Positions 24,091 to 37,100 of a stretch of DNA of 64,000 nucleotides are shown here, piece after piece. Origin of the DNA: Oculina patagonica (taxonomy: Eukaryota). How positions within the stretch are numbered: the first letter of the stretch is position 1; every line of letters begins with the position of its first letter. The notes under the pieces were generated by a model that saw nothing but the letters and a program-made list of their open reading frames with translations, made no database searches and had not been told where the DNA came from. The translations under genes were made by a program, and so were the position numbers. Location of the stretch: assembly GCF_052425735.1 (NCBI RefSeq), contig NC_135761.1, forward strand, positions 20,274,001 through 20,338,000, given 5' to 3'.

Positions 24091-24515
24091 TACAGTATTT
24101 TGTAATTTATACATTGTGGTGTTACAACTCAACTTATGAACTATTAGTTTTGGAGGGACTTGTGTTTTGGAGCGATTTTGCTCTGACTCATTCAAAAAAT
24201 GGTTCAGGTTATTTGGTTACTTTTTTCTGCCTTCGGCCCTTTTCTCTTGATATTGTCGTAAACCAATCAGAGTAGGGACGCAGCTCTCTTAGCCAATGAG
24301 CTTCAACTTGGCTTGGTGGATGTAATTTTTCCCGCCTTTTCGTTCCTTCGACCTTCAGGGATAATCGGCCAAGAAGCCAATAAGGAAAAAGAAGAAAACG
24401 ACCGGTGGAAACGTGTGATAAAAATTATTATTTTTGTATTTCTAGAAAGTGTTCCCTATTTTAAATGTGGGCTAAAGCATGCTTTTGTTCTGTACATATA
24501 AGAATATTTATAAAA

Positions 24516-24578
24516 AATAAAGTTAATAAGACATTTGGTATAATATATTAATAGTTGTGATTTATTAGTTATTTTATT
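24516..24578. terminator. Back-to-back polyadenylation signals of ORC6 (+) and the protease gene (-)
   Basis: AATAAA on + at 24516-24521; AATAAA on - at 24561-24566 and 24573-24578. Confidence 0.5.
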
Positions 24579-25160
24579 GCAATTTGTCATAACCCCGTCA
24601 TCCCGGTATTTAAGAGAGTGTTTTGCGCATACGGAGTGCTAAAGGAGATCAAGTCGGATAATGGACTGCCATTCAACAGCCATAAAAAGTGACACTCGGA
24701 TGAGCGAAGGACAACGGTAACGTGAAGCGGTTTATACAGAGAGAAAAAAAAAAGACTGCTCCGCTGCGGGAAAAGTGCACAGGGAACGTAGAGCATATTG
24801 GACAACTTAAGATCCAACTGTTGGAGTTACATCCCATGGGTCAATAGACAACCTAAGCATTAGGATGGTCCATAATCATGACCTAGAAAAGAAATACGCC
24901 GACAAAAGAAGACATGTTACATTTTTTTTTGCTACGAGTCACTTACTCAGAAATCGCCTTCGTTTTGTATCCAACGGTATCGAAGTCGAAAGGAGATCTC
25001 GAATTGAACTCATGGCCGGCATTCTTATTGGTTTATGCTAGACTGGTCGCGTTGTTACAAAACGGACTTGTCACTGCGCAATTACCAAATGACAACACGC
25101 TACAAAACAAAACAACATTTATTTCCATATTGTAGCTGGGCGCGCAATACAGGGTACTGT

Positions 25161-28148
25161 TCATAGCATGTTTGCCTTAATCCAGTAGTACAGTTTAGCA
25201 ATGTTAGTGTACACGCCGTAATACTGCCCAGCGCAGCCCCATCCCCAGCTGGTCGTGCCCACGAGATACCAGCGGTCGTCCTTCTCACAAACAAGAGGAC
25301 CTGGTAGAGATAAAAAAGAGCATGTTGTTGCAAGTTACTGTAGTACTGGCCTCGTAATCGCCTGCGCCAACCCTGCCGCGTGTTCGTCGAGATAGGCGGC
25401 TACAATTGCAAGCTAAAACGAAACAAGGAAGCGGCAACGACTACGGGGAAAAGATGACCACGCCCTCGTGAGCTCCTCCTCCTCTTGAACGCTGCATAGT
25501 ATCGATAAAATTTTCTCTTGATATGCGAGGAAGACAAAAAGGGGCTTAGCTACCGTATACTTGTTACACTGTTCGACTAGGTACATCAGCTTAAGCTGGG
25601 TTGATAAGTAATTCTCGGCTCAGTCATTTATCAGCTCAAATAATTTTCGAAACTGCAAAGTGAGCTGCAGTGTGCACTAAAAATTGAGCTGCAGTTTTCC
25701 TAAATGTACGCTCGCGCTCCCCTTTCTTGAGCTACTTTTGTGAATGTCTGTTCAGGATGGTGCAAGTCAAACGTGTATAACTTCGCAACAACATATTTAA
25801 GAGTTTTGTTGCTTTACCTTTCCTGACACTTCTGCAATTTTCCTAACATATTATATAGTGTGTTTGAGTTAACGTTTGACAACGATAGCAATCGGCTCTT
25901 TAAGAACCAAAACCTTTCCCAAGAAATCTCAGTTGAAGTCTGTGGATTAAATCTTAGTGTGAGCAGTACTTTTATGTGATGTTGTTTTTAAAACTTCACA
26001 AAAAGTTTTTTTTTCAATTTTGAATGTTGGTGCTCTTGCAAGTGAAAGAGTTTTATCCAATAAGAGAACAGTTTATTTATGATATATTTGAGAGCATCAC
26101 TTTTACCTCCACTATCCCCCTGACAGGCGTCAATTCCTCCTCCTGAGAACCCAGCACAGATCATATTGGATGTTATGAGCTCAGGTCTGTAGTTCTGCTT
26201 GCAGTTCTCGTCCGAGATTATGGGGACACTTGCCTCTCTTAAAACAGGAGATGTACTGCCACCTTGACGGGTGCGACCCCACCCTGTGATGTAGCATGGT
26301 GTCCCTGTGCAAGTCGAACCATACAATGACATTAATGAACCGAAGACGTTTCGCCAAACAGCATACCTTAAAGTTTTCATGCCATATTTGAATTTCCAGT
26401 ATAGTGTGAGCTTAATTATGAAAAGAGAGTGACTTCATTTTTAAACTTTAAAAAATGTAAGCACAGCCATCCTCGCCTGGATTTTTAATAAAGAATCCTC
26501 CGCCACGTTTTTTTTGGTTTGAATAGTTTTTCAACAATCAGCACTTAGGTGTGCCGGAATGAGAATTCGCACTCATCTGAAATTCATTGCCAGGCAATAA
26601 AGGTCAGCGATGATCTAGCCTTGACAAGGGTCTTTGGTTCAAGGAGCCGCCATCTTGGAATTAACCGCCAGCGGAGATCCTCGGTACGAGGTTGCTGCGA
26701 CCTTGTCCCCAGGGCGCTTTTCCCGTCAAAAGTGGAAAGGGCCACTTTCGAAGGGAAAAGTACCCTGGGGACGAAGTTGAGGCTGCTATCGCTGGTGCAA
26801 ACAGTCAAAGAGGGCGAGACATGTTGGTGAAAAAAGATAAGAGCTGAATTCTAGTTTTTGCAACCGTGCAAGCAAACTAGTCTCGGAAGGATTTTCTCAG
26901 AAGGTTTAACGACACACGTACCTGGTGGGAAATCAGCATAACTGCTTTGCAGGCACGCTGGTCCCACGCGACTATTGAATTTGGCGGGAGACGCCAGCTT
27001 GATGACAGCAATGTCACGATCATGAGTAGCCGCTACTCCGTACGAGCGATGCGTGTACGCAGCGGCAATATCAATGTCTTGCTCGTAACCTTCAGTGGTT
27101 TCAAAGTGGTGCTCACCAAGGCGAACCTGTGATAAAATAAACACATGGACAGATTGTGTTAGTACTGTATCTGAATTTCGTCCCTACCCTATATTTGGAT
27201 GCCCCACAGCTAGGTTTAACGAGTCGGTTTACAAATTCTCATTTCATAAGTCTACCAGCGCGACATGAGAATATCTGTAGTTGTTAACTCTAAAAACATC
27301 ATAGGTCCCCTTTAAGGAATAGGTTTTGTTGTCAAGAACTAAAACTTGCATGTAGTACCCTTACAGAGAGAAGGGAAAGGACCTATTTAGAGAGAGACTT
27401 GATTTTTGTGGTATGTTGCAGGCCTCAACGAGTAAGGTAATTCACGGTAAAAAAATGTATAAGCCTTGACGTGATCCAAGCAATAACAGTCTATAACAGT
27501 CACTTTAAATTCTCTCCAAAAGCAACAAAACATTCTTGCACGCTCAATGTTATTCTTTCCGGTCATGCTATCTGGAGAAGAATGGAGTACCTTTGTTGAC
27601 ATATGTTATCCTATAAATGAGAAATGGGACCTTGATGGGAAGCTGTTATGAAAATCGTGCGAAGATTGTTCGAAGAATGCTCAAACGTTTCCGATTATTT
27701 TTCCCGAAGATTACCGAGGACTTACGAGTGTTGTTGCAACCGTTCTTTTGGCAAGTCAGTTGCAGCTTGCGAGGAAGCAAAGAGTGTTGCGTGACAACCT
27801 GCAAAGAAGGATACTTCGAGAGAGAGAGGAAAGTGTAACGCAATCAGTGTCGAGACACAATACCCACCTTGTAGTCCTTGATAAAAGTGTCGATACTGGA
27901 GGGGATGCAGTGTGCAGCTGTTACCACGTGGTACGCGGAGACCAAAGTTCCTCCACAGTCTTGAGACTTACAAGTCTTACACATGATAGCAACTTGCCAA
28001 GGCCACGCCCCTGGGGTTGCGACCTTTCCTCCTACGATTTGACCGACGCTCAAACCGGCAACTGAGCGGTTGGTCACCTTCACGCCACAGGAGACCGGAG
28101 GAGGGGGAGTGGTCGTAGGGGGATCGGTCAAAGGATCCCTCGCTAGAG
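25161..28148 (-). CDS. Trypsin-like serine protease domain exons (part of the dual-protease gene)
   Basis: SCG linker, [33 protein letters not shown] (Asp at the S1 pocket position), SWGWGC, GVYT, stop TGA at 25163-25161. Confidence 0.95.
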
Positions 28149-31100
28149 CTGTATAAGGAAACAGACATTCCAAAACACTTGTGAATAAAAGAAAATAAAA
28201 ATGTTTGTGTATTGGATGAGACGGATTATATCTGTTAGAACAGTATTCTAATGACTGTCGTAATAAAGTCAATAAACACGTGACCAATCAAGAGTTTATA
28301 ACGCATTAAGTCACTGCAAAGCGCGGGAAAACGTGCAACCGGTACCAAGCGAGGGAAACGCATATATAGGTACAAGCCAATTGAAGTCCCGTTTGATAGT
28401 GTTTTTTGCAACTCCTGATTGGTTGATCAGTAAGGTAGCATGATTTCTCTGAGTTGAAGTGCATTACATCAGCATTTTTAACCAATCACAGATTTCCAGA
28501 CGGTCGGAAACCTCTCAAACAGATTAACATAAAGGTCGGTTTAACTAACCTGGTTTACAAATGAAGGGTTACGGGTGCGTGCACCGCTTGCCTATCCAGT
28601 CAAAAAAAGCGAGAGAAACAATAGCCACGCGAACGCTTGAGGGCGAGAGTGTTCTTGCGGCTTTTTTTTTCTCGCTTTTCGCTTGACACGCTAAGGGAAA
28701 AGAGGGTCTGCTCAATTCTATAACGTAAGCGAAGAGAAGTTGATCTATAAGCTGCTTTCATCACAGATTGATCTGTTGTGGACTGATTAGTATGGTTACT
28801 GGAAACTGACTAACTTCGCATTGGCGATTAGTGTAATAAGGTTGCTTGGTAACCATGGGACTCATGGGAGAATTCAAAAAATATGTATTAGTGACCTTAA
28901 ACTCACCGATCTCGCATATGAACGGGTGTTGTCTAGCAAAAACCCCTGTACATGCAGTATCCAACCAGCCACCACTATATCTGTACATCTCCACACAGTC
29001 TTCATTACCAAACAGGTTGTTGGGCTCATTGCTGGTCCACTGGGTGTACGTGAGTGGTTCCCCGTTATCCCAACGCGAAAATGCGCCTGAAGCGTCTCGA
29101 CGAAGTCCAATCCAAACCGCGTAGTCCCCGGTAAGCTGAGAAGTCATGCTCTTGATGAAGTTATGTTCTTTAGCGTCGTTAATGGCGACGAGAGTTCCGC
29201 CATGTTGTTGGCAGCGAGCTTTTGCGGCGTACCAGAAAATTTTTTCATTGAATGCCTTGTAGCAGGATGTGCCAAATTTATTCCAGCCTGGTGAGCAGGT
29301 TACTTCTGTAAAAGATTCATACGACATGAGTTTACGGAAACTAACCTAAAGTTTATTCCTCTGAAATGGAACCTGTCCTGAGATTTTTGTCCAACTTTGC
29401 CTATTAGTTAAGCCTGGTTTTCACTAGCGACGCAAGCACAAGCGCAAGCACAAGCGGAATCACGCAAAAAGGACAAATTTTGATCCTTGTGCTTGTGCTT
29501 GCGGCAAGCACAAGCAGAAGCATCGAAATACAGTGCGCTGGTGCTTTTGCTTGCGTCGAAGCCGTTTTCACGGTAAAATAAGAGCGGTTATCCTTGCGCT
29601 TGTGCTTGCGTCGCTAGTGAAAACCAGGCTTTATTTATCTTAAAGGAAGTTTAATTTTGAAATAAAAATATGTTAGGAAGCAACAACACCTTGTTTATAC
29701 CCAATAATTCTTACACTCTGAGTGTATAGTAAAGTTATGTAGATCTGTCGTCCTCGTTCAATAGGAGGAGGCCTTGCTATAATAAGAACATGAGTAAAGT
29801 GCACTTAATGGAATAAAACGCATATTAATGAGAGGATGTTGTCCAAGATTCTGCAATACTGAGAAATCCAATTTTTTAATACTTGCCTTCTATCTTCGTT
29901 GCAGGAATGATTGTTGTTGTAGTCAGTGACATGGGCGTGGTGGGTGCAGGGGGCTGAGCTGCAACACATTTGCCAGGGATCAGTCTGATCTCGTCCAGTG
30001 CTATGTCACTTCTATACCCGCTACCACGGACAGCTTCAAACACAACCTGTGTTAGAATAAGACAAAAATGACATCAATCGAACTGATGACGGTTTTCACT
30101 AGTGGATAACTAGCTTACTCTCGAATCTCCTGGCAGAGGTGAAACGATAAGATAACACAAACGTTAGGATTAGCTGCATCCAGATTAAGTGTCTAGGAGT
30201 GTTGCTAATGATAATCCATTGCAGATTAAACCCCAGCATTTTCGCCCCAACAGTTCGTTGGTACCCACATTTATAGTAGCTAGTGCCTTACCCTACTAAA
30301 CCATTATGATTTATCACTCAAGGAAGAAAAAATCCTCCAGGGGGTGGGGTGGTACTCCATGTAAAAGCCGTATGGGTATGTGCAGTACCGTTGGATTGAG
30401 AAAATGAGTTTACCGATTTTCAGTGATTATATTCTTGGAATTAAAATTTATTTATTGTAGCAAATGTAACCGTTTTGTATTAGAAGAAAGAACAGGTACG
30501 GGTTAGGTAAGTCTTCAGCAGGGGCTAAAGACCCTGCCCGGGCCCCTTCTATTAAAAGACCGGCTCCCGATGTTCAGGAAGTGATTGACAGTAGCAGGAG
30601 CGAGTTGGTAATGGGCTTCCGATTTTGGCTTCCCTTTGCATGGAGTGCCAGTGCAATGAAGGTAGTTCCCCAGACTTATTCATATGTTGCTTCTAAACAG
30701 TTGGTCGTGAGATTTACGTGTTCCGTTCATGACAAGAGTAGACAGAGTACACTGACACAAGAAATCCCGCAAGGGCTCGACCCAGGCCTCTTGATCCATT
30801 GGGCCACTACGCTAATCAAAATGAGACTACTTATGGCCTCAACTCTTTTCGTTATTTTGCATCTAAGGCCTGGAACTCCTTACCTAATAATTCACTATTG
30901 GATGAGAACCTGTGAAAAACCTGTGAAAAACCTGTGAAAAAGCATGTGACACAGAAACACCCTCTGAAAAAACATGTGAATTTTGCAAGGGCTAAATTTT
31001 GTCCAAAAATCACAAAATTTAGTACCTGTGAAAAAACCTGTGAATTTTAGGACCTGTGAAAAAACCTGTGAAAAAATATGTGAACAAAATATGAAAAAAA

Positions 31101-34100
31101 TTCACTTTTAAAACCTGTGAATAGACCTGTGAATTAACCTCTGAAGAAATAACATTAAAAATCTCTCAACAAACATGTGAAAAAACCTTTCAAAATTAAT
31201 AATCAATTAATTTAACTATCAAGGAGTGTTATTGTAAAAACAGTATAAAAGTCTGCCAACATAATTTAACACAAAAATGTACAAATGGACAAACATACAG
31301 TTGAAAGCCAGGTCACAAGACTTGCAAGATTTCATCAGGCCACACCTGACTCTATCTTTTGTAAGGACTAGACAGGTCAAACAATTGAATATTTTGTTTG
31401 CTTGTGTGCTATTGTGCCACAATTAAAGTCAAATTACATGTATGAGTGGGTTTGTAATACCAACTAGGGCTCAAAATAACGGCCAGTCAACGGACAATGT
31501 CCGGCCAAGATGATAAATCATTTGTCCAGACAGATGTTCAGTTCAGTTTGCCAGTCATTTTGACCAGTCATGCACTGGACCAGAAAAATTTGTTATACCA
31601 ATTCGTAATTCTAACAACCTTTTTAACATATTTTGCTTAATATGAAGTATCAGAAAACTCTACAAGAATCCAGGGAGGGGAGGGGGGGGGGTGGGGCACT
31701 CAAAAAAGTTTTATACGGGGAGGCTCCGCCCTAAGTTCTAACCCCTTTAAATATACCATTTTTGACAGAAATTGTACCCCTTTTGTATACCTTTAACTGA
31801 AAAAGGTACCCCTTTCATATACCTAAGAGAATGGCGTGGACTTAAAATAAGACGTTTTCTTGTCATTTTTATGTAGCGCTTAATAAATTAAAATAATACA
31901 GCCATAAATTGCGTCTGTTTGAAATATTTTAAATAAAGGCCCTTTTAAATAGCCAAATGACAGATTTCCATACCCTTTCATATACTTAAACTAGTGAAAT
32001 CCCTACCCTTTTATATACCTGAAGCCTAAAAAAGGTACCCCTTTCGGGCGGAGCCTCCCCGTATAGGCCATTATAGGGAGTACCCCCCCCCCCCCCTGGT
32101 ACAAGAGCCGTGTAGGTTTGTTCAAGTCAGTACTATACTTCAATATTATGCGAAATGTCAACAAAAAGAACGTGCATGAAGAAATATTTGAAGTTGGTAA
32201 ACAGGTATTTCATTCAAAAAAGGTGAAACAACGTGAAAGATGACTGAATTTTGTCTCAGGTAATTGACTTGTTGTTATCGCATCCTAAAAGGGTATTGAG
32301 AAAACACAGGGAATAAAAATGGAAAGAAAGCAAAGCAACAAATTTAAAATGGTTGCACCCGCCTACATGATCCAGACTTTGACTTCTTTACGCACTTTTG
32401 AGTTCAAATAATAATGGAATAAATCCCTTAAATTCAATGGTGTAACATATAATATGCTCAGACATCTTGCTCACCGTCTGCTGCATTTTCCCTTCAGGGC
32501 TTGGATTTTTTTGCATGTATATGAATGACATAATCTCATAGGGGGAAAAGGTGTGTACATGTGTAGGGCTGAAACCAGTCCAGAAAATTCTATCCCAGGA
32601 CAAAAAATATGTACATGGAAATGCTCAGTGTTTTTCACATGTACTCATCATCTGAGTACATTGTAGTATTGGCATGCTACATGTATGTTCCGTTAAAGAA
32701 AAAACAAAGCGGCAAACAAAAAACATAATAAACCAAAACCTTGTGAATTGTAAAGGTGACACTTAGTTGCACTTGCTTGCTAAAAAAATAAAACAATGAG
32801 TAATGAATGGTACAGCAACAAAGTGTGCAAGATAACCTTTCTTTGCAAAATCTTGCTGTCAGTGTTTGTTTGTTTGTTTGTATACTGTTCTGGGTAACTC
32901 TATGCCGGTACTCAAAACAAAATCAGAGCAGATCTGCTCAAAGTTTATACAGGGCTCGAAATTAAAAAGAAATGAAGTTCCCACCTGGCACCTAAGTGGT
33001 AAGAAACGTTGCTAAATTGTGAAAACAAACAGATACTAGTTCACAAGTGTTTAAAAATCATTTGTACTAGTAGAATTTAATTAATAAAGGACAGACTATG
33101 TTAATATTAGAAAAGAAACTATCAAACAAGTAAGTGTTCTATTGCTAGAACTCCATGTTTAGCCTCGATTTAGCCTGGTTATAAATTGTCAGTATTCAAG
33201 GGTGTGCAAAGGATCATGGGGCGATTCAAACAAGGTCGGCCATTTGCAAGTTTTTCCGATGCAAGAGAATCTTTTACAGCTAAGGAAAAGGATGAATTTA
33301 CTTCTTTTCTTATTTGAATGTTCTAGAAACAAAGATCTTCCAATGTAACTTTCTGGATGGGCAAAATGGCTGAGAAAGTGACTGTTATTCATCTTCAACA
33401 CAAAGAAAAATAGTCGCCATTTCGGCGACTAAACCAAAACTTTTAGTCGCCAAGGATGAAACGTTTATCGCACTGGAAACCATATCAGTCAAAACTTCGA
33501 GCCCTGAGTAAAACAGATAAGTACAAGCTTCTTCATACCACTGGTGTCAGCTTCTTTGCTTCCAGTTTTCGGATTCCAAATCACTTCAATCCAAGGTTTC
33601 ATTGTCTTTTTCGACACTCCAAATGTTGTCTAAATGTCCTCTTCATTTTTGCGTTAGGTGGGGAAAGATAGTTTTCATATTAAAAATGCACCTTCGTTGT
33701 GCCTTCGGATTAACTCTCCTTTCCAGAGGAAGAAGAACTGGAATAATTTCGCCGTCACTCCATCTCCATATTGTATTTTGTAAAACTTGACAAGAACTTA
33801 GTAACCCCTCGTTTATGCGACCACGACAAAAGTACAGCGGTGTTCTTAAAAGCATGCTCAGTTGGGGTGGCAGCCGCGTTTTTTGGCGGGCTTTTTACCG
33901 CCAAATCGTGAAGAGAATCAACTCATTTCTTCAAGCTGTTTTGCCGGATTCTTGCTGCCTTGAAAATGAAAAATGTAGTGCACAAAATCTCACCCACGTG
34001 CACGGAGTTCAAGAAATATCGGGAAAGGAATTCTTGGTATAAAGATGAAGGTAAGCGACTTTTCTTGTATAGATACAGGCCAGTAGGCTAGCGCTGGGAA

Positions 34101-37100
34101 CACCTTTGCGCTCGGACTGTGAGCTTTTTATAAATGTAAATAAGCTTAAGTTAACCTTAACTTTCAAGCTGATTTTTTTTAACAACCTGTACAAATAATA
34201 CTTTGTTTTTTTACCCTATCAAATGTTTATCCATTGGCAGTGCGTGTACTGAGAATGTACATGTGTATAATTTGCCCTGCCACTCATGATCAGTCAGTAC
34301 AGCCTGGGGATTAGTTTTACGAGCAAAATCGTTGCACCTTATTCGATTGTATTTTACATTGTAATCCTAGCAAGGGCACTGCAGTTTTAAGATCTTTTAT
34401 AATTCTTTTCAGCAAAGATCAACGAAGCACCACGGCTGAACAAAAAATCGGCAAATTCTGCAGTGTTATAATCTGGGAAGCGGTTTCACTGTTGCGAGGA
34501 CAACAATAACTAGGTATTGGTGAAAGACTGAATGAAAAATTTGTGGTGTATTTTATTGTATGCCAGATGAAAACTTTGCACTATATTAACACAAATAAAT
34601 ATCATGGCGCCTGATTTTCAATGTGAAATAGTTGAATAATTCTTAAACAGATGTATGTCTTCCATTGTTAACACTACGGTTTTTATATCCCTGAGCACAT
34701 TGTTACACATGTTTATGTGTATGTACAAGCTTTTCCTTAAATGAAGTTTTTGTAGAACAAGCTTTATTAGTTGATTTCAATCAATCTAGTTTTTTTATTC
34801 CATTTGTTTAGAAATCACCCCTAGTCCAGTTCTTGAAAGATGGAATTTGGAAGACTTACTTCCATATTAATGTTATGGCTAAAGACAATGAGAAAGTTGA
34901 TAAATATAAAGACAGCATCACTTCAAGCACAGTTCGCAAAACAACAACAGCAATCAAAAGACCAAGCCAGCAACCATGTGAACTGAATATCAACGAGTCT
35001 GAAGATGATGAAGCTAGCTTAAACAAGACAATGATGAGTTAAAAAGAAACCCAGAGGAAATTTGACAAACTAAAGGTAAGCTTATGTGTACTGCTGCAGT
35101 AGCTACTGCATGTAATTAGTACCAGTACCTCCAACCCAGCATTTGTACATCAAGTATAAGCCCACAGTGAGTCAAACAAGTCCAGTGATGCAGACTCAAC
35201 TGAATCAACCATTTTTTTAAACTCGCCCGCACTAAAAAGGGATTCTTAAACAGTTGAATTGATTTGCTAGACTTCAAATTATCTTCAAGATGCATTTTGT
35301 TAAAAAACAATCACATCACATGATGTTCTAGAACCACCATGAACTAAGAGGAGGGGCAGGTGGCTATGCGCACAAGAATGGCTTTCTCTATCTTATTAAC
35401 ATGGGGCAAAAGCATTCCTGCTTATCAGGCCAGCTGGGGATAATTGGAAGAATTCTGAGCCCAAGATGCACTTGTTAAGTGGTACATTGGCTGTCTAAAT
35501 GTACGATTGATGGGGATCCTCTTATGTAATAAGCTAAGTACATAGTCATATAATAAAAAAAATGATTTTATTTTTTTATAGGTTGCATTTCTACCTGCTA
35601 TTTGTAATTTAGTAGTTATTAATGATTAACTTTTCATCAACTGTCCATAATTTGTATAATTGCTTTATTTGTAGATAGTAGAACTCATCCCAGGTTCACA
35701 TGGGTATGTTTATGCCAACATGTTTTGGCCATGCTGGCCTCCAGATGAGCATAAGGTTCTGGCTGTACAGTATTCCTGCTGAATGCTTTTTACACAAATG
35801 AGGAATTAAATGGAGCAAATGGCAAATTGCTAATAATTACTGATCCACACATTTTAAATAAGCATCTGGTAAGCATAAATTTAGAGATCTACAAGTTTAT
35901 AACTTAGTCTGATTGCCATTAATTAACTTAATACCCTAATGAATGCTGCATTCAATTGATTTGTCACTTCGTTTTTACCCATTTTCTATGCCACTCGATT
36001 TACAAGCAGTACAGAAAAATACAAGCACCATTGAACATTTGCAAGACCATTACAGCATTGCAATAACATTAACACAATGATGAGTGATGAGTGTCAAAAG
36101 TACATGTAGTTTGAAAAGCTTTGATTTATACTTAGTAACTTGTTTTAATGTCTGTTTTATTGATTTAAAATAGGATTTACATTGAAGAGGACAGGGATGC
36201 ACTAAATCTACCATCAAGATAAGTCTCTGAAACAAACTTACCACACTTGACTGCCATAAAGGAATTTTATATGGAACTAGCTGAGCTCTTTATTCTTTTG
36301 AAAACCTCACCTGGCCATATACAGCCTATAGTGTTAGAAGATACTTAGTTTTCTCTTTATGTACTTAACTTTCTCTTTTTAAAACATCTGGTGTTGAAAA
36401 GGTTTCTACTTGACTTTTCCATTACTGGTTATAATAAATCATTGAATATTGTTGAATCTAGATGTTTATTTATTTCTAATACTTATCACCGAGGCTGACG
36501 ATGTATACTTTTAAGTCTGTTCTCCCAGTGGAATACATAATGGGTTGTCCTAACTCCCGAAATGCCAGAAACCCGAAATGCCGGAAATCCAGATAAGAAA
36601 GCCCGGAATCCTAAAACCCAGAATGACCTTTTTGCGTACGCCTTTTTCAAGATAAATACGTGGAAATATGTTATATTTTTGGGAAATTGGAAGTTTGTTA
36701 CGAGTTGCCATTTACGTTGCGAGTTATTGAATCAAATTGTCAATTTCGATACAAAGTTCTCAACTTCGGCCCAGCTGAAATTCGCAATTCGCTAGTTGAG
36801 GAGAAACAAAACATGTTGTTTCAAAGTCATGGCGATATCTGAACTCCATAATTTTAAAGGAAACAAGTTGCGGCGGGAATATTCCAGCGATTCTTGCCGC
36901 TCAAGTTGAAAATCGAAAATCACAGTCCGGCTGTATTTTATTTACTGCGCCTCAGCGGTATTATTAAATTTGCTGTGCATTTTCGTTGTTAGTTTTAAAA
37001 TTTGTTTCTTTTCACACTTTCTTCAATAATCATCTTTAAAACTGGTTCCTTGTTTCTCAGATTTTGCCAAGGTACATCGACAAAATTTTAAAAACTCAAA

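Noticed and set aside
30900-31190. CCTGTGAAAAA arrays (also 37210-37680) as a CRISPR-like array
   Set aside because: Units are about 11 bp with irregular spacing and no unique spacers or cas genes, in a eukaryotic context; they are transposon subterminal repeats.
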